From: Phaeosaccion multiseriatum
Taxonomy: Eukaryota; Protista; Ochrophyta, other classes
Length of the DNA: 64,000 nt
Assembly: GCA_965112735.1 (NCBI GenBank)
Contig: OZ218952.1
Location: 4,402,001-4,466,000, forward strand
Direction of reading: 5' to 3'
Below the pieces are notes generated by a model. It ran no database searches. It had not been told where the DNA came from and saw only the letters and a program-made list of their open reading frames with translations. Below, in pieces: positions 1 through 10,582 of the stretch. How positions within the stretch are numbered: the first letter of the stretch is position 1; every line of letters starts with the position of its first letter. The position numbers and the translations under genes were made by a program.

Positions 1-227
1 TCTTCTTCTTCTTCTTCTTCTTCTTCTTCTTCTTCTTCTTCTTCTTCTTCTTCTTCTTCTTCTTCTTCTTCTTCTTCTTCTTCTTCTTCTTCTTCTTCTT
101 CTTCTTCTTCTTCTTCTTCTTCTTCTTCTTCTTCTTCTTCTTCTTCTTCTTCTTCTTCTTCTTCTTCTTCTTCTTTTTCTTCTTCTTCTTCTTCTTCTTC
201 TTCTTCTTCTTCTTCTTCTTCTTCTTC
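1..227. repeat. (TCT)n microsatellite, probably intronic
   Basis: Near-perfect TCT tandem array running into a polypyrimidine tract and the AG acceptor at 339-340. Confidence 0.95.
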
Positions 228-340
228 CGATGCCCTTACTGCTCGTTTGTTTTATTCATTGTCCCTCTCTGCTCCCTCTCACCATCTCTCTCTGTCTCAC
301 AAACACACTCTCTCTCTCTCTTCTCTTCTCTCTCTCGCAG

Positions 341-669
341 CGTTCCGGGCCGTCAAGACGCTTACGAAAGACGGGCAGCCCCTCTGCATGTCCTCGATCG
401 ACTGGCACGAGGAGGACTTACCGGCCGGAGACGGCTACTATATTGAGAAGGGTGAGTGAATGACCAAGAGCGGTAGGGAGGGGCTCTAGTCGGTGAGGAG
501 GGAAGCCGCGCTCAGTACCATAATACACCGCCGTCCACAGGGAGCTTGTCTGCTTACAGACCTACTGACTCCCCTTCTCCCCTACGATGCGTGATCCCTT
601 CCACCCACCCACCCACCCATTCATTCCACCGACTGGAACGAACGAATGGACACACACACACGCACGCAT

Positions 670-719
<50 letters not shown>

Positions 720-1685
720 TCAAACAAACACGCACACACACACGCACACACACACACACACACTCGCGCGCGCAAACACGCCCGCACATGAGCAGAAGGG
801 GACGATACGGTGACGATCATCGTTATTACCACCATGGCGGGGGGCAGTAGCTGCTGCTGTTGGTTCGTCTTCTGCTGCTGGCGCCGCCGGAAGGACAAGA
901 AGAGGAGGAGGCGCCCAGACCCAGAAGAGACCAATCTAGACGAGGTGAGTGAGTGCACGAAGGAGTGAGTGAGTGAGTGCCCGAAGGAGTGAGTGAGTGA
1001 GTGAGTGAGTGAGTGAGTGAGTGAGTGAGTGAGTGAGTGAGTGAGTGAGTGAGTGAGTGAGTGAGTGAGTGAGTGAGTGAGTGGATGAGTGAGTAAGCGA
1101 GTGAGTGAGTGAGTGAGTGAGTGAGTGAGTGAGTGAGTGAGTGAGTGAGTGAGTGAGTGAGTGAGTGCGTGCGTGAGTGAGTGCGTGCGTGAGTGAGTGA
1201 GTGAGTGAGTGAGTGAGTGAGGGAGTGAGTGAGTGAGTAAGTGAGTGAGTGAGTGAGTGAGTGAAACGAAACGTTGTAAGTTGGCCATGCAGAAGGGTGC
1301 CATCGCTATAGAGGAGAACACTGCCATGTGGTGCCATCGCTATAGAGGCAAACACTGCCATGTGGTGCCATCGCTATAGAGGAAAACACTGCCATGTGCG
1401 CCCCCTCCCACACGTTTCTCGAGGCCATGGTTCGTTTGTTGAATGCCTCCTGTGCGCCTCTCGCACCCACTGATGGCTTCTTCTTCTTCTTCACCACCTC
1501 CTCACTCCTCTCCCTCCCTCTCTCCCTCCCTCGGACTGCTGATGCTCTGCCTGCAGGATCACGAAACCGTGGCGGCATCAGCATGTCACCCCCAGGAGCT
1601 TTCACTGCCCATTCCCTCGTCCCCGAGCCACCTTCCACACCGGAGGGTACGTCCGTCTCTGTACCCCTTTCTGTCGTGTGCTGTG

Positions 1686-1767
<82 letters not shown>

Positions 1768-2380
1768 ACACACACACGTCCTTCGTGTGTAGGAGACGCG
1801 CCCTCCCATGGCCATTGCCCGCACACTCTGTCTGTCTCTTGTATCGCGAGAGAAGGTTGTAGTGTAGCTAGCGAGAGAAGGTTGTAGTATAGCTAGCGAG
1901 AGAAGGTTGTGTGTAGCTAGCGAGAGAAGGTTGTAGTGTAGCTAGCGAGAGAAGGTTGTAGTGTAGCTAGCGAGAGCTACATGCGTCTCGACGGTCGAGA
2001 GAGTCTCGTCCTCTCGTCCCCTCACATCTCGGGGCCCCCTGCAGAGGGAAGAGGGGAGGGGAGAAGCTGTTGTGTTGGTGTCATTCGTCTGGTACTTCTC
2101 TCCCGCCCCCCCATTCACTGCCGTCCCCCCCCGCCCGGGCCTTGATTCCCTCCCTCCCTCCCTCCCTCCCTCCCTCTCTCCCTCTCTCCCTCCATCCCTC
2201 CCTCCCTTCACTGCCCCCCCCCTCCCTCCACTGCTGCGCACTCCTCTCACCTTCGCTCAGTTATATCCGCACGAAGCGGCGTTGGCGAAAACAACGCGAG
2301 CCGCCTCTCCATCGGGCGGCGAGGACGGCATGGGATTGGCGAACTTATTCGGGAGCAATGGAGGAGAGGCGAAGGTGTAA
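341..2380 (+). CDS. 3' part of a single-pass membrane protein of unknown function (5' end outside window)
   Basis: Phase-compatible GT-AG exons 341-451, 796-944, 1557-1646 and 2261-2380. Exon 796-944 encodes a hydrophobic, Cys-rich segment ([25 protein letters not shown]) followed by a basic stop-transfer run ([11 protein letters not shown]). Possible extra exon(s) in 1793-2090 are unresolved. Confidence 0.6.
945..1264 (+). repeat. (GTGA)n microsatellite starting at the intron 5' splice site
   Basis: Tandem GAGT/GTGA array following the donor GTGAGT at 945. Confidence 0.9.
1296..1398. repeat. 34-bp minisatellite, about 3 copies (GTGCCATCGCTATAGAGG..AACACTGCCATGTG)
   Basis: Direct tandem copies visible in the sequence, intronic. 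Confidence 0.85.
1846..1976. repeat. 25-bp minisatellite, about 5 copies (GCGAGAGAAGGTTGTAGTGTAGCTA)
   Basis: Contiguous direct tandem copies, no spacers. Confidence 0.9.
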
Positions 2381-3129
2381 ACTAGACGGAAAGAAATTTC
2401 TTATAGTACTTCGAAGTAGTAGTAACAAGGAGGCCAAGAGAGAGAGAGGGGGGGGAGAGTTAGGCAAATGATGTGCACATTCCCTTCCGGGGAGGGTGGT
2501 GAAAATACTTACGGGAGCTTATTTACGATGTGGCCGGCGCGCTCAGGCGCACGCACGCACCCACACAATGGCGCCATCATAAACGGATTACTTGATGGGA
2601 GCAAGGTGGGAGGGTCAACCGACACAATGAAACGAAAAGAGGAGAGCGATGCGTCCGTGCCCGCCCCATTAGCAAAAGGAGGGGGTGGTGCGGCACATTG
2701 TTGGGCTCTACTGATAGACGATAAGAGTCATTGTTGGGCTCGGGGCTGCTGCCTGCATGCCCAAGCTTTGTCCCCACGCGACAAGTCTATTCTGAAGTGT
2801 GCTTACTTGGATTTTTTTAGCACACTTGTTTTTACTAGTATACAGTACAGTAGGGGGGGGGGGGGGGGGTGGCTGAGCTGACAAGGCAAGCAGCCAGACT
2901 TCACTGAACACGCACACTTACACACACGGAAGAGAGAGGGGGACCTTCTTCCCACACTATAAATAAATATATATACAAAGTTATGTCTATAGAGTACTGT
3001 CTTTCTTTAGCCAAGAAAAAGTATGGGCAGTACAGTCTTTGTTGGAGAGGGGATGAGCTCAACTCCGTCGTTCGTGCGTCAGGAAGTAACGCACAGGACA
3101 GAAAAAGCAGCTCCGTTCCACACCCCTAC

Positions 3130-4806
3130 TCAGGAGCCTTCTCCGCTCCCTTCCTCTCTTTTTCTCTTGCCGTCTCCCTCCCGTTGTTGTGGTTGCTCCT
3201 GCTGCTGCTCCGGCACTTGCTGTTCTACCGACGCTACTTTTGACGCTGCCGCTTCCCCTCCGCCTTTCCCCGCCTCTTCCTTCGCATCCTCCTCCTCTTG
3301 CCGTTGCCATCCCACCACTTCACTATACTTCAACGCGCCCCCAAAAATGTCGAGAGCGCTACCAATGGTCAAATCGACCTTGCCTTGCCCCAGCTCTTTG
3401 ACACGTTCCAAATCGGCAATGCTGGTGGCCCCGCCCGCGTAGGTGGTCACGATTGGGCTCCAGTCCCCCAAGAGCTTGACCAGGTCCTCCAACACGCCGC
3501 AGCGCTTGCCCTCTACCTCCACCCCATGAACAAGGAATTCGTCACAGTGCTGTGGGGTGAGAGGTATAGAGGGAAGGGGACGGGAGGGGAGGGGGAGGGG
3601 AGGGGAGGGGAGGGGAGGGGAGGGGAGGGGAGGGGAGGGGAGCGGAGGGGGGGAGGGGGAGGGGAGGAGAGGAGGGGAGGAGGATTGGAGGGGGGGAAGG
3701 GGGAGGGAGGTGAGGGAGGGGAGGGAGTGATGGCGTCGTGTCATCCTTGGCAGAAGATTGGAAGAAGAAGGTGGGAGGACAGATGACAGGGTAGCGGCAC
3801 TGCCCTACCCCACTTGCTGGCGACGTCCCTGTCGGCGGTAAAAAAGAGACGTTCTACATTTGCATTGGACGAGCACAGAAGAAGCAAGAGAGGAGAGCTT
3901 TCATCTTCTTCTTTCTTTCTTTCTTCTCCTCCTCCTTCTTTTTCCTTCTTTTAGTAACCCGCATCACCGCACCGCCCTGCGCCGCACCTGACTGAGTCTC
4001 TCTAGGTTCTCTTTCGTGATGGGGAAGTCCGTGTACTTCTGCCACTTGTCCGTTACAACAAAGTAACGCTCATCTCCTCGACTCTGCTGCTCGGCGGCAG
4101 GCAAGCGGCGACAGCTGAGGTCCAGCACAAGCTTCTCCTTGCCTGGTTTGTTGGTTGGTTGGTTGGTTGGTCGGTCGAAGGGGAGAGGGAGGGAGGGGGG
4201 TTGAGGGGAGAGGACAGAGCACGTCCGAGGGGGTACAGGCCGAGAGGGCCACCACAGAAGGATGGGGGTGGGGGAAGACGGAAGCGAGGTTCAAGGCGCT
4301 AAGCAAGAGAATAATAATCTGGCTCAATCGCTCTCCTCTCCACAGACAGACGGCACGGTGACAGACGGCAGTAGGCAGAGAGCTCAAATCAAAGACCCCC
4401 CCGCTCCCTGCCCTCTGCATCAGCTGCCACCGGTTTGAATCAGCAAATGTCTCGAGCAGCAGCAGCAGCAGCAGCAGCAGCAGGCGGTACGACAGCCCCA
4501 CTCACCCACGGCATTGACGAGCTCAGCCAGCCTGTCCCAGTTTATGGCACCGTCTTTGAACACGTACGACGTGACAATGACGTGACTGGCTCCTGCTTGT
4601 AGATACTGGGAGGCTGTCTCTGGCCGCACCCCGCCCCCAACCTGGTAGTTTGTTCAATGGGAGGGTGGGGGGGTGGACGGAGAGAGAAGGGCTGAATGCA
4701 CGGCGAAGCTCTTGTCCGCGAAGAACAAGAAGGAAGTTCTGAAACACTGCAGGCGCCCCACTCTCCACACTCACTGAGAATACACCCCCCCTCCAAAGCG
4801 TAGTGC

Positions 4807-4865
<59 letters not shown>

Positions 4866-5639
4866 CCTCTCTCTCTCTCTCTCTCCCTCTCTCCCTCTCT
4901 CTCTCTCTCTCTCTCCCCCTCTCCCTCTCTCTCTCTCCGTTTGTACATACAGAGCCTCCTGTGACGTAAGATAGGAGCTCTCAAGGCTTTCCCTCACCTG
5001 CATCCCCCCGGGGTACGCCTTCAGGGCCTGCATGGCTGCCTCGTCACAGCCCTTCCCCAGCATGATGATGTGCCCTCCCGGTAGGGTGTCTTGCTGGTAC
5101 GAGGACGCAAAGTCAGCGCTGCCTTTGCTGGTCTCAAAGTTTGTCTCAAGCTCTGCCGTGGTTTCGCCTGACGCCGCCGTGTGTTGATAAAGGCATCGTG
5201 TGAAGTTGTTTTAGAGGAAGTCAGGAGAGGAAAGAGGAGGAAGGGCGGGTAAGACAGGGAGGGGCAGTGAGCATTCCCTCGCGCTTTGCAGTGAGGTAAA
5301 ATCTTGTGTGTTGAAGGCAATGAGTTCTTTTGCTAAATCCTCTCCTCCCCCTCTACAGAACCGTGGTTCTCCTCCCTGGCTGGAGTTGTAGCAGCACCTA
5401 TCAGTGCCAAAGGAACGGTAGGAGGTCCACCTGGCTCACCATCCTACCACAGGATTCAAGTAACGATGCCATACATGGTCCTTCCAGCACAACAAACAGA
5501 GGGAGAGGCTTGCTGTCCTCGTCACGGTGCACTGACCTGATGCGGAAAGTGTGGAACCTACGATTTGCTTCACTTTCCCCTCATGCAGGTCGATGCAAGG
5601 CCGGAAGCGCATAGCCCTTCGTCTTTGTGGCTCTTCCAT
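3130..5639 (-). CDS. HIS6: ProFAR isomerase (eukaryotic HIS6/HISN3 type), 5 exons
   Basis: Exons 5639-5537, 5167-4998, 4641-4506, 4142-3988 and 3549-3130 splice in phase. Motifs [86 protein letters not shown]. Confidence 0.95.
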
Positions 5640-5752
5640 ATTGTCCCTCGTAAATCATCATCATCCCCCCCCACCCCCCCCGCAGCCCGAAGTACCAACT
5701 GCTGAGTTTTTTTCCCCCCTCAATTCAGATACCCTAATGAGGGCGATCTGCA

Positions 5753-7644
5753 ATGCTGATGATGCGAGTGATGTCTTTGAGGAGGGTGGTCAGGACCTGC
5801 ATTGGCAGGAGGGCAAGACCGTTAGGAAGCACCTCTGCGCAACGTAGGGCAGAGACTGCGCTTTCCCTTCCACAATGCCCACAATGGTCCTGCTACTCGA
5901 ATGGGGGACGGCGGGGGGGTGACAAGGCGAGGCAGAAGCAGCTCATGAGGGAGATCCAAGCTCTGGGTGCAAGCAAGGACTGGAAGAGGGTCGCGCCTAC
6001 TCTGGAACGCGCATGGCGAGTGGGTCTGCAACCCAATCGGTACTGTCTCAATGCTGCCATATCCGCGATTGGGAAGTGCGGGCGGTGGAAGGGCGCTTTG
6101 AAACTTCTGGAAGAGATGAAGAAGGAAGGCCTTGAGCCGACTGTGGTCAGCTATAACTCAGTCATTACCGCTTGTGCCAACGGCAAGAACCACGTGGAGG
6201 CCTTGCGGCAAGAACCACGTGGAGGCCAGATGTTATCAGCTTCAATACCGCTATTACTGCGTGTGCCAACGACAACAACGAAGTTGAGGCCCTGAAGCTC
6301 TTCAATGAGATGAGGGCGGTAGGAATCGCTCCTAACGAGAGGACCTACAGCACTATCATCACGGCGTGTAGCAGAGCTGGCGAAAGTACACAGGCCCTGA
6401 AGCTATTCAAGGAGATGAAGGCGGTAGGACTCAGGCCAACTGTGATCAGCTATAATGCAGCCATCACTGCATGTGGGAACGGAAGCAACCACGTGGAGGC
6501 CCTGAAGCTCCACAGTGAGATGAAGGAGGTAGGAATCAAGCCGGATGTGGTCAGCTACAGTGCAGCCATTACTGCATGCGGCAACGACAACAACCACGTG
6601 GAGGCCCTGAGGCTATTCAACGAGATGAAGGGGATAGGACTCAGGCCAAATGTGATCAGCTTCAATGCAGCCATCACTGCATGTGGGAACGGCAACAACC
6701 ACGTGGAGGCCCTGAGGCTATTCAACGAGATGAAGGCGGTAGGACTCAAGCCAACTGTGATCAGCTATAGTGCAGCCATTACTGCGTGTGGCAACGGCAA
6801 CAACCACGTGGAGGCCCTGAACCTTTTCAAAGAGATGAAGGCGGTAGGACTCACGCCTGATGTGATCAGCTATAGTGCAGCCATTACTGCGTGTGGGAAC
6901 GGCAACAACCACGTGGAGGCCCTGAACCTTTTCAAAGAGATGAAGGCGGTAGGACTCACGCCTGATGTGATCAGCTACAGCACAGCCATCACTGCGTGTG
7001 GCAACGGCACCAATCACGTCGAGGCTCTTAGTCTTTTCAAAGAGATGAAGGCGGTAGGACTCACGCCTGATGTGTTCAGCTACAGCACAGCCATCACTGC
7101 GTGTGGCAACGGCAGTAACCACGTGGAGGCCCTGAAGCTTTTCAAGGAGATGAAGGCGGTAGGACTCAAGCCTAATGTGATCAGCTACAGCGCAGCCATC
7201 ACTGCGTGTGGCAACGGCAACAACCACGTGGAGGCCCTGAAGCTCTTCAAAGAGATGAAGGCGGTAGGACTCAAGCCAAATGTGTTCAGCTACAGGGTTA
7301 CCGTTGACGCTCTGCAGGAGGGTGGCGACGAGGAGGCTGCTGACGAGGTGTACTCAGAGGCCGTGTCGCAAGGGGTTTTCACACACTGGCTGGAGCCTGG
7401 GAGGATGGACTTGCACGACTTCACCCGGGGAATGAGCAAGGCAGCGCTTCGTCACGTGCTCTCAGTGGAGAAGGTGGAGGGTGAGATCAAAGTCATCACA
7501 GGCCGGGGCCGAGGCAGCGAGGATGGCGTCAGCGTTCTCAAGCCCGCGGTGCTGGCCTATTTGCAAGAGAGGCAGGGCGTCGAAGTATGGGAACATGAGC
7601 GCAACCCGGGGATGGTGGTGATGCGGGTCGGTGGAGGGAATTAG
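5753..7644 (+). pseudogene. Intronless P-class PPR protein with C-terminal SMR domain, probably mitochondrion-targeted; frameshift at about 6203-6227 (pseudogene or assembly error)
   Basis: ORF 5753-6295 has an Arg-rich presequence-like N-terminus and the first PPRs. ORF 6172-7644 has ten full 35-aa repeats (VISYSAAITACGNGNNHVEALKLFKEMKAVGLKPN type), one degenerate repeat and an SMR domain (MDLHDF...VITGRGRGS...LKPAV...NPG). The two frames join at a 22-bp duplication. Confidence 0.9.
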
Positions 7645-7819
7645 ACACAGCCGGGTTGTGTTTGGCCTCCCATCCTGTCGCTGTGGCTGCTGGGGATGGT
7701 CTTGTTCTGTCTGTCTGTCTGTGCATTTCCTGGCAGTAGCTCCTTTTCCCTCGGGAGGAATCATGGCTGGCCAGGCCACCCTTTCGGGCCCGCTTCTGGA
7801 CTAGGGACGGATATCATAT

Positions 7820-7821
<2 letters not shown>

Positions 7822-7885
<64 letters not shown>

Positions 7886-8000
7886 CGTCTGTCCGTCTGT
7901 CTGTCCGTCTGTCTGTCTGTCTGTCTGTCCGTCTGTCTGTCTGTCTGTCCGTCTGTCTGTCTGTCTGTCCGTCTGTCTGTCTGTCAGTCTGTCTGTCTGT
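7822..8000. repeat. (CTGT)n microsatellite
   Basis: Tandem CTGT/CCGT array downstream of the PPR-SMR stop codon. Confidence 0.9.
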
Positions 8001-8622
8001 CTCTCTTGTCTCGCCGTGTGAGTAGAGCGCTGATGGTGAAGCTGTGGTGTCTGCTGCCCGTACCCGACGCCCGAGAAGCTCTGTCGAGCAGGGGAGATAC
8101 CGTGTTGAGCTGCTCGGGAGGGAGATGTGTCTCCTTCGGCAGATGAGCTATGGACGTGGAGTGCGGCGCCCTTGGAATGGGTGTATCAACGCGCCTGGAG
8201 GGCGTGATATGACCCGGCCTCTCTCTAGAGAGAGAGAGAGAGAGGCCGAGACATAAATATAAATATATGATTACTGGGTTGATGCACCCTTTTCTATTGC
8301 TACATATGACTCGGCCTCTCTCTCTCTGTCTCTCTCTCTAAGAGAGAGAGAGAGAGAGAGAGGGCCGGGCGGGAAAGAACTCCCATCCCAGCTATAGTTA
8401 GGACTCGTTCTTTATACACCAGAGGAAGCAGGCCAGGCCTGATCAAGCGCTTCATGGACTATGACACACGAGCGAGCGGGACCTCACTCAATAGCTTTTC
8501 CCCTCCCGTCCCTCCGTCCTGATAATTCCTTCTCCCTGCACCTTTCGCGCCCACATCGGCGCATGTCATGGGGTAAAGATCCTCCTCCTGTACTCAAGCC
8601 AACGAAGCGACACACACACTCC

Positions 8623-10416
8623 TCACTGCGTGCCGACAGCTTCAATCTCCCCGCTCTGAACCACCTCAGCGGCCGTGGCCGCAAGAGTCTCATGCCTGTC
8701 GCTTGACTCCTCGCCCGTCAGGCTCTCTACTCCTCCCTCCTCCTCTTCTGTAACGTCTGAGCCAACCATCAGTGTGAAGAGGCCCTCCGACTTGTCGAAG
8801 CCGTGCACCAAGATTAGATACTCCTGCCCGGTCTTTGCGCTCCACTCAAACCAACTCGTCAGCCCCTGTAGACTCGCCGGTGCTCCATCGCCTGCCTCCC
8901 CCTCCTCCTCCTCCTCCTGCTCCTCCTCCTCCTCCTCCTCCTCCTCCTCCTCCTCCTCCTCCTCCTCCTCCTCCTCCTCCTCCTCCTCCTCCTCCTGCTC
9001 GTCAAGCGCACTGCTATCGGCTCCATCTTCCACTGGCGCAGCTCCACTCGTGCTACTCTGCTCCTCCCTGAGACGCTCGGATTTGGCTAGGGCCTGGGCT
9101 TGCTCATCCCAAGCCGCTCTTTCTCGCTCCATGTCTGTGTATCTCGCTTGCAGGAGCGCTCCTCGTCGCTGCCGCCCCGGCATACCAGAGGAAGAAGACA
9201 CGGACGAAGACGCAGCCGTAGAGTACGAAGAGCTGGTGCTGCGTCCTCCTGCTGCGTATCGCGTTGCCAGCGCCCTCTCCTCTGCCGCACTCTCACCCTC
9301 CATGACCCGCTGAGCGTCCTCCTCCTCCTCCTCCTCCTCCTCCTCCTCTGATCTGCTGGCCCCACTATCGAGGCGTCTCCATGTCGCCGTTGCCGTGTCG
9401 CCAACCTCCGCCCCACCCTCTGTTTCCATCCTACCCAACCATACTGTGAGTCCGGATGAAGACCCTTCCTCCTCCAGAGCAGCAGCGTCCTCCTCTGCTT
9501 CGCATCCGCCGTCCATGTAGTCGTCGTTTCCCCCCACGCATAAGAGCCGATCTTCCTGCCCTTCTTCCTGTCCTATGACACTTTCAAAGACAGATACCCT
9601 TGTATCGAACATACTGCCACACAGACTCGCCCGCATGATGCTGTTCTTAACTGCCCGGACTCTGTACCATACCCCTATATTGCGATGGACGGTTGGTTGT
9701 ACACGCCGAAGGATTTAGGATTGAGGATGGTGGGAGACACGAATGAGAAGTTCACGTTAAAGGGGAAGGGGAAGCGAGCGACACGTCTAGGGCAACCATC
9801 GGCAGTCGCCTTAGCAGCATCGCAGCTTCTGGAGAGATGAGCTCACCTGCGGACGTGATTGGCGGGCCGCACATGAGAGGTATAGGCGCTCCGTCTTTCG
9901 TCCGGCTGCTGCTGCTGCTGCTGTACGAGAGGTCGAGCGGGCCTGCACCATAAGTGGAGCCCGTTGTGCGGATGGGGAAGCTGTGTCCGAGGTCAGCAGC
10001 CGTTTCGTAATCTCCGCTGCACTCAGCAGCAAAGTTAACGCAGCAGTCGTTAAAGATGGAGCACTAGAACAGAAAAAGGCCAGATGACGAGGGAGGACGA
10101 GCACGAGGGAGCAGGACAAGGAGGATGGGGTAGCGCGTGGCCTTAATTAGAGGCGGGGTCGGGGGTACTGGGGTGAATTACAGCTCAGAGGGGCCGGTAG
10201 AAGACGTACATTATCGTCGCAGAAGCATTCCACCCCCTGCATCCCCGAGAACCCGCATTTTCCAGCACATCCAAAGAGGAGAGGGTTGTTTGTTGCCGGC
10301 GCACTCCCACCATCTGATCCTCGCAAGCTGGCGCCTTCCACGCAGATGCCAGCGCGAGCTGCATAAACGAGGAGGAGGGCCACTGCCCCATGTCTAGCCA
10401 TCCCTGGCCTGGCCAT
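8623..10416 (-). CDS. Secreted protein: signal peptide, somatomedin-B domain, and a PPC-like beta domain split by an acidic insert; 3 exons
   Basis: Exons 10416-10210, 10063-9847 and 9674-8623 are in phase. SMB pattern across intron 1: CAGKCG...CFCDDN|CSIFNDCCVNFAAEC. PPC-like signature GVWYRV...RASLCGSMFDTRVSVF...CVGGNDD...WSAKTGQEYLILVHGF..SEGLFTL. Confidence 0.75.
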
Positions 10417-10582
10417 CGACGTAAGGAAGGAGTTTAGGGGCCTCTTTCTGTAACGCCAATCTAGAGGCATACTCCCCCCCCCCCATTTCGCCAAAATCGC
10501 AACTCCCTCCGTCCCTTTTTCTCTCCACATCTTGCATCATCGTGGATAGAAGGAGCATCCGCCAAGATTAGCTGCTGCTGCC

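Noticed and set aside
554-1361. Long ORFs of THSL/HTHT/VCVC/SVCL/TDRQ type here and at 24328-25122, 26520-27077, 27797-28099 and 47506-48058
   Set aside because: They are translations of intronic microsatellites, not proteins.
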